From assembly GCA_024711205.1 (NCBI GenBank), contig JANJTH010000135.1, positions 1 through 44,448 on the forward strand: 44,448 nt of DNA, in the 5' to 3' direction. Shown one piece after another: positions 40,026-44,448 of the stretch (its first letter is position 1; each line of letters begins with the position of its first letter). Under the pieces are notes generated by a model. The model had not been told where the DNA came from. It saw nothing but the letters and a program-made list of their open reading frames with translations, and made no database searches. The translations under genes and the position numbers were made by a program. This DNA is from Planctomycetota bacterium (GTDB taxonomy: Bacteria > Planctomycetota > J058).

Positions 40026-40817
40026 GTGACGCTCGACCTGTCGCTGCGCGGACGGCGCGCGCTCGTGTGCGGCGCGAGCCAGGGGATCGGCCGGGCGACC
40101 GCCCTCGCCCTGGCCGGGCTCGGCGCGCGTGTGACGGCGCTCGCGCGCTCGGCCGAGCGGCTCGCGGCGCTCCTGCCCGCGCTCCTCGCGGCCGGAGCGG
40201 AAGAGGCCCACGCCCTCACGGCCGACCTCGACCGCCGCGACGACCTCGAGGCGCTCGTGCGCGCGGACCTCGCGGCCCACGGGCCCGTCCACGTGCTCGT
40301 GAACAACGCGGGCGGCCCGCCCGGCGGCCCCCTGCTCGAGGCCGGCGACGAGGCGTTCCTCGCGGCCTTCGGGCGCCACGTGCTCGCGCCGCAGCGCCTC
40401 GTGCGCCTCGTCCTCCCCGGCATGCGCGAGGCCGGGTGGGGCCGGATCGTGCAGGTCGTCTCCACGTCGGTCCGCGAGCCGATCCCGAACCTCGGCGTGA
40501 GCAACACCGTCCGCGGCGCCGTCGCCTCCTGGGCCAAGACGCTCGCGCGCGAGCTGCCCCCGGGGGTCACGATCAACTGCGTGCTCCCGGGCTACACGGA
40601 CACGGAGCGGCTCGGGGCGCTCGCCGAGGGCAACGCGGCGCGCCGCGGGACGACGCCCGAGGCCGTGCGCCGGGAGTGGCTGGCCGGCGTCCCGGAGGGG
40701 CGGCTGGGGCGGGCGGACGAGCTCGCGGCGGCCGTGGCGTTCCTGTGCTCGCCCGCCGGGAGCTTCGTGCGCGGCGTGTGCCTGCCCGTCGACGGCGGGC
40801 GGCTGCACGCGATCTGA
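40026..40817 (+). CDS. SDR family oxidoreductase (atypical, BKR-like subgroup)
   Basis: CGASQGIG, VNNAGGPP, SNTVR in place of YxxxK, LPGYTDT, VDGG; AGGAGG RBS before GTG 40026. Confidence 0.9.
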   Translation: MTLDLSLRGRRALVCGASQGIGRATALALAGLGARVTALARSAERLAALLPALLAAGAEEAHALTADLDRRDDLEALVRADLAAHGPVHVLVNNAGGPPGGPLLEAGDEAFLAAFGRHVLAPQRLVRLVLPGMREAGWGRIVQVVSTSVREPIPNLGVSNTVRGAVASWAKTLARELPPGVTINCVLPGYTDTERLGALAEGNAARRGTTPEAVRREWLAGVPEGRLGRADELAAAVAFLCSPAGSFVRGVCLPVDGGRLHAI

Positions 40818-40920
40818 AGGGGGAGGGAGGAAGAGGGAGGGGGGAGAAGAGGGGGGAGGAAGAGGGAAGAGGGAGAAGAGGGAGGGCAAGGGCAAGGGCA
40901 AGGGCAAGGGCAAGGGGGAG
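40818..40920 (+). repeat. Polypurine tract with (GGGCAA)5, copy 2
   Basis: Fills almost the whole SDR-LLM spacer; gggcaa x5 at 40884-40913. Confidence 0.85.
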
Positions 40921-40923
40921 TAC

Positions 40924-42150
40924 GTGGACTGGGACATTTTCTTCTCGATCAGCCAGACGCCCGTGGACGGCGTGACGCCGCCCGAGCGGGCCATGTTCTC
41001 GAACTTCTTCGAGCAGGCCGTCGCCGCCGACGAGCTGGGCTTCGGGACCGCGTGGGTCGCCGAGAGCCACCTCTCGAGCGAGGTCCAGAAGCGCACCTCG
41101 CACCCGGTGATCCCGCACTGGCAGGGCGAGGTCGGGCTCAACTGCGACATCCTCCAGCTCGCGCACCAGGTGTTCCGGCGCACGCGGCGGCTCGAGGTCG
41201 GGTCGGCCGTCATGAACATCCTCTGCAGCGGCGGCCCGATCGCGCACGCCGAGCGGGTCGCGACGTTCTGCGCGCTCCACGGCGTCGACCCGGCCGAGCG
41301 GCGCCGCCTCCACGTGGGCTTCGCCGCCGGGCGCTTCGACTTCATGAACCGCGCCATGGGCGTCGGCCCGCGCAGCCCCCTCGAGGAGGCCGCCTGGCCC
41401 GTGCTCAAGGGCAAGGTCTTCGCCGAGGCGGCGGAGGTCTTCCTGCGCCTGCTCCGCGGCGACGCGCTCTCGAGCGACGAGGTCCGCCGGACGACGCTCG
41501 CCCGCGCCGACTTCCGCTCGGACGAGGCCTGGGCCAAGGTCGCCGACCTGGCCGGGGTCGCGCGCGACGCCGTCCTCGACGTCCCGCGCCGCTGGAGCTT
41601 CGAGGTCCTCAAGGTCGTGCCCCAGGCCTGGCGGCGCGACCTGCTCCAGCTCGTCGTGGGCAGCCACGAGCCGGCCACGCAGGTCGAGGTGAACCGGATC
41701 CTGCCCGTGCAGGTCTTCAACCTCTCGATCACGAAGCCCGAGGTGATCGACGAGACGCACCGGCGCATGGCCGCGGCCTACCACCCCGACGGGGGCCCGT
41801 GGCGGCGGGCCTACATGCCGCGGACCGTGTTCGTGTTCCTGAACGAGCGCGACGGGCTCTCGCCGGCCTCGCGCCGCGCGGCCGCGCGCGAGGAGGCCCG
41901 CGCGGCGCTCTCGGCCTACTGGACGGCGCTCGAGGGCACGCTCGACCCGAAGAAGGTCGAGGGCGCGGCCGACAACGCGCTCGTGGGCGACGCCGACGAG
42001 GTCGCCGAGCAGGTCGTGGCCCGGTTCCACCCCGAGGACCGGCTCATGCTCTGGTTCGACTTCTTCAACCACGACTCGGGGCGCGTCGTCGAGAACATGG
42101 CCCGGTTCATGGAGCGCGTCGTCCCGCGCGTCCGGGAGCGCCTGGCGTGA
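40924..42150 (+). CDS. Luciferase-like (LLM class) flavin-dependent oxidoreductase
   Basis: EQAVAADELGFGTAWVAESH, RTRRLEVGSAV, AERVAT, RLHVGFAAG, LVGDADEVAEQ. Confidence 0.88.
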   Translation: MDWDIFFSISQTPVDGVTPPERAMFSNFFEQAVAADELGFGTAWVAESHLSSEVQKRTSHPVIPHWQGEVGLNCDILQLAHQVFRRTRRLEVGSAVMNILCSGGPIAHAERVATFCALHGVDPAERRRLHVGFAAGRFDFMNRAMGVGPRSPLEEAAWPVLKGKVFAEAAEVFLRLLRGDALSSDEVRRTTLARADFRSDEAWAKVADLAGVARDAVLDVPRRWSFEVLKVVPQAWRRDLLQLVVGSHEPATQVEVNRILPVQVFNLSITKPEVIDETHRRMAAAYHPDGGPWRRAYMPRTVFVFLNERDGLSPASRRAAAREEARAALSAYWTALEGTLDPKKVEGAADNALVGDADEVAEQVVARFHPEDRLMLWFDFFNHDSGRVVENMARFMERVVPRVRERLA

Positions 42151-43322
42151 CGGCCGCCGACCCGGCGGCCCGGGCCCTCGCCCGCGACGCCTCGCTCGAC
42201 GTGCCGCCGAGCGCGCGCGGGATCTACCCCGCGAGCCCGCTCGGCGACGGCGACGCGCGCCTGCCGACCGGGCGCGACGTGGCCTGGGAGCCGCTCGTCG
42301 ACTACCGCCGGCACGGGGTCAGCGAGACGACGATCCACGGGGCCGTCGCCTGGGCCACGCCCGAGGGCGTCGTCCACAGCTTCGGCGGCGACGTGCTGTG
42401 CTACGGGCGGAGCATGATGAAGCCGCTCATGCTCAAGGTCTTCGCCGACGCGCTGGCGCCCGTCCTCGACGGCCGGCAGCGCGCGATCTCCGTCGCGAGC
42501 CACAACGGCGACACCGAGCACGTCGCGGCCGCGCAGTCGATCCTGCCGCCCGACGAGCACGGGCTCATGCAGACGCCGCTCGACGTCCCGCTCGTGCAGT
42601 TCGGGCGCCAGGTCCGCCGGCCGCGCCGCTGGTTCCACACCTGCTCGGGCGAGCACGCCGCGATCCTCCGCGGCTGCCGGCTGCGCGGCTGGCCGCGCGT
42701 CGGCTACACGCTGCCGTCGCACCCGCTGTTCCCGGCCTACCTCGACGTGCTCCGGCGCACGCTCGGCCCCGGCTGGGCCCCGCTCCGCGTCGCGCGCGAC
42801 GGCTGCGGGCTGCCCACCGTCTCGAACACCGTCTCCGAGCTGGCCCGGCTCATGGCGGCCCTCGCCCGACACCGCGAGGAGGACTGGATCTGGCAGGCGA
42901 TGGTCGAGCACCCCGACCTCGTGGGGGGCTTCAACCGCCTCGACAGCACGATCCTCAAGACCTGCGGCGGGGCGGTGCTGGCCAAGGAGGGCGCCGACGG
43001 GCTGCTCGGGCTGGCGGTCGTCCACCCGGACTGGCCGCGCGGGCTGGGGGTCGTGATCAAGATCGCGCACGGCTGGAACCCGCGCGCGACCTGGTACGTC
43101 GCGCGCGCCGTCCTCGGCGTGCTCGGGTTCCAGCTCCGCAACCCCTACGCGCTGCACCGCCAGAAGGCGTTCCTCGTCCCGGGCGTCGTCCCGCCCGAGC
43201 GCCAGGCCGCCCTCGAGCGCCTACCCACCTGGGACGCCTGGGACCCCGACCGCGACCGCTACGTGGAGACGCGGGGCCTCGGCGCGCCTGCGGCGCACCG
43301 AGACCCCGCGCCTCCACGATAG
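42147..43322 (+). CDS. Class 3 (Rhizobium AnsA-type, 'asparaginase II') family protein with variant active site
   Basis: RSMMKP, ASHNGD, HTCSGEH, DGCGLP, AKEGADG, IKIAHG; GTG start overlaps the LLM stop. Confidence 0.82.
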   Translation: MTAADPAARALARDASLDVPPSARGIYPASPLGDGDARLPTGRDVAWEPLVDYRRHGVSETTIHGAVAWATPEGVVHSFGGDVLCYGRSMMKPLMLKVFADALAPVLDGRQRAISVASHNGDTEHVAAAQSILPPDEHGLMQTPLDVPLVQFGRQVRRPRRWFHTCSGEHAAILRGCRLRGWPRVGYTLPSHPLFPAYLDVLRRTLGPGWAPLRVARDGCGLPTVSNTVSELARLMAALARHREEDWIWQAMVEHPDLVGGFNRLDSTILKTCGGAVLAKEGADGLLGLAVVHPDWPRGLGVVIKIAHGWNPRATWYVARAVLGVLGFQLRNPYALHRQKAFLVPGVVPPERQAALERLPTWDAWDPDRDRYVETRGLGAPAAHRDPAPPR

Positions 43323-43444
43323 GGAAGGCGCCGCGGGGCGGCGGACTCGGCGGGACCAGGACCCCGCGGGGTGGAGTCGCGGGATCGCGCACCAGGAGGC
43401 CGCGCCGGCTCGCGCGGCGCAGGTTCGTGCGGCGGACTCTTGCC

Positions 43445-43481
43445 CCCTGCCCCAGAGATCCGTCGGCTCTCTGGGGCAGGG
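43445..43481. terminator. Hairpin between convergent genes
   Basis: ccctgccccagaga-tccgtcggc-tctctggggcaggg, 2 nt from the stop of the minus-strand gene. Confidence 0.6.
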
Positions 43482-43483
43482 CA

Positions 43484-44448
43484 CTACCGTACGCGCAGCC
43501 CGCGCGCGAAGGCCTGGAAGCCGGGGCTGGAGCGGATCGGGGCCCAGCGCGGGTCCTCCTGGACCCAGACCGAGAGCTCGCCCGCGTAGCCGTCGGCCGG
43601 CGGCTGCGCGGGGACCTGCGCGAGCAGGCGCAGCGCCTCCTCGGGGCGGTGCGGGGCGAGGACCCAGGCGCGCCAGAGGAGGTGCCAGTGGGCGCCGATC
43701 GCGCCCGGGTCGGCCGGGCGCGCCGCGACGACGCGCCCGGCGAGGTCGAGGTCGCGCGCGGCCCGGTCGGCGCGCCCGGCGGCGCCCGCGAGCGCGGCGC
43801 GCAGCCAGAGCAGCCCGCCCAGCGTCGGGTCCCGGGCGAGCGCCCAGTCGACGTGCGCCGCGACCTCCGCCGCGTCGGCCGGGCTCCACTCCTCCTCGCC
43901 CGGGTAGAGGACGGCCAGGACCTCGGCGAACAGCCGGGGGACGTGGTTCGCCGCGACCTCCGGCGCCCGGGCGACCAGGGTCAGCATCTCCTGGTCCGGC
44001 GGGAGCCGGCGGTAGCGGAACGCCTTGCGCCAGTCCCTGCGCGCCTCGTGGAACCAGGCCGCGAGCCGGAGCGGGTCGAGGCGGACGACCTCGACCTCCT
44101 CGAGGTATCCCTCCGCGACCCCGTCGTCGTCGTCGCGCCGCTCGAGGCGCACGGCGAGCTCGTGGCGGCCGGTGAGGGACGTCGGGTCGAGCGCGACGAG
44201 CTCGCGCCCGAGCGCGATCGCGCGCTCGTTGTCCTCCCGGGGTAGCGGCCCCAGGGTCGCGAACAGCGCCCGCGCGCGCTCGCGGTCCGCGTCGGCGACC
44301 CGCGGCCGGAGGCGGACCGGGGGGAGCGCGCCCGACCAGAGGGCGGCCACGTCGGGGGGGAGCGCGGGCGCGGGCGCGGGCGCGCCGCCGACGAGCGCCT
44401 CGAGGGCGGCGACCTCGGCCGCGAGCGGGGACTCGAGGGGGGGGGCCT
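43484..44448 (-). CDS. 5'-partial helical/TPR-like hypothetical protein
   Basis: The frame stays open to the window edge. ERAIALGRELVALDP, DWALARDP and a terminal EDPRWAPIRSSPGFQA resemble TPR-end segments. Confidence 0.6.
   Translation of the reverse strand, partial: APPLESPLAAEVAALEALVGGAPAPAPALPPDVAALWSGALPPVRLRPRVADADRERARALFATLGPLPREDNERAIALGRELVALDPTSLTGRHELAVRLERRDDDDGVAEGYLEEVEVVRLDPLRLAAWFHEARRDWRKAFRYRRLPPDQEMLTLVARAPEVAANHVPRLFAEVLAVLYPGEEEWSPADAAEVAAHVDWALARDPTLGGLLWLRAALAGAAGRADRAARDLDLAGRVVAARPADPGAIGAHWHLLWRAWVLAPHRPEEALRLLAQVPAQPPADGYAGELSVWVQEDPRWAPIRSSPGFQAFARGLRVR

Noticed and set aside
44354-44360. Frameshift or phase variation at the G7 run in the last gene
   Set aside because: The frame reads through (…APAL-PP-DVAA…) with normal codon bias on both sides.

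Overview
Very GC-rich bacterial chromosomal DNA, densely coding. The gene repertoire (several Hanks-type Ser/Thr kinases, a giant PilX/GspK-like protein, secreted vWA proteins, an M16 pair) suggests a Planctomycetota/PVC-like or myxobacteria-like host; this is inference only. Left to right: a Ser/Thr kinase with a (QQGTG)n tract cut by the window edge; a secreted NHL/beta-propeller protein coupled to a second membrane kinase; a DHOD-like gene and nifJ (PFOR); an RMD1/DUF155-like gene; ACP, an FAAL-like ligase, an SRPBCC protein and two radical SAM genes; rnz; two tandem secreted vWA paralogs; a 1243-aa PilX/GspK-like LamG protein with two IPT/TIG paralogs; a split hipB/hipA-N/hipA-C toxin-antitoxin module; an M16 peptidase pair; an orphan OmpR regulator; DUF1428; liuC/liuE-like genes; lexA; tRNA-Pro(CGG); an M48-like pseudo-peptidase; SDR, a luciferase-like monooxygenase and a variant class 3 asparaginase; and a partial TPR-like gene. 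No CRISPR array, integrase or transposase was seen. The best candidates for an undescribed system are (i) the vWA/PilX-LamG/IPT surface locus, (ii) the atypical FAAL-ACP-SRPBCC-radical SAM cluster and (iii) the LLM/variant-asparaginase operon. Two dispersed non-coding repeat families are also present. All family calls come from motif recognition by eye; no searches were run.
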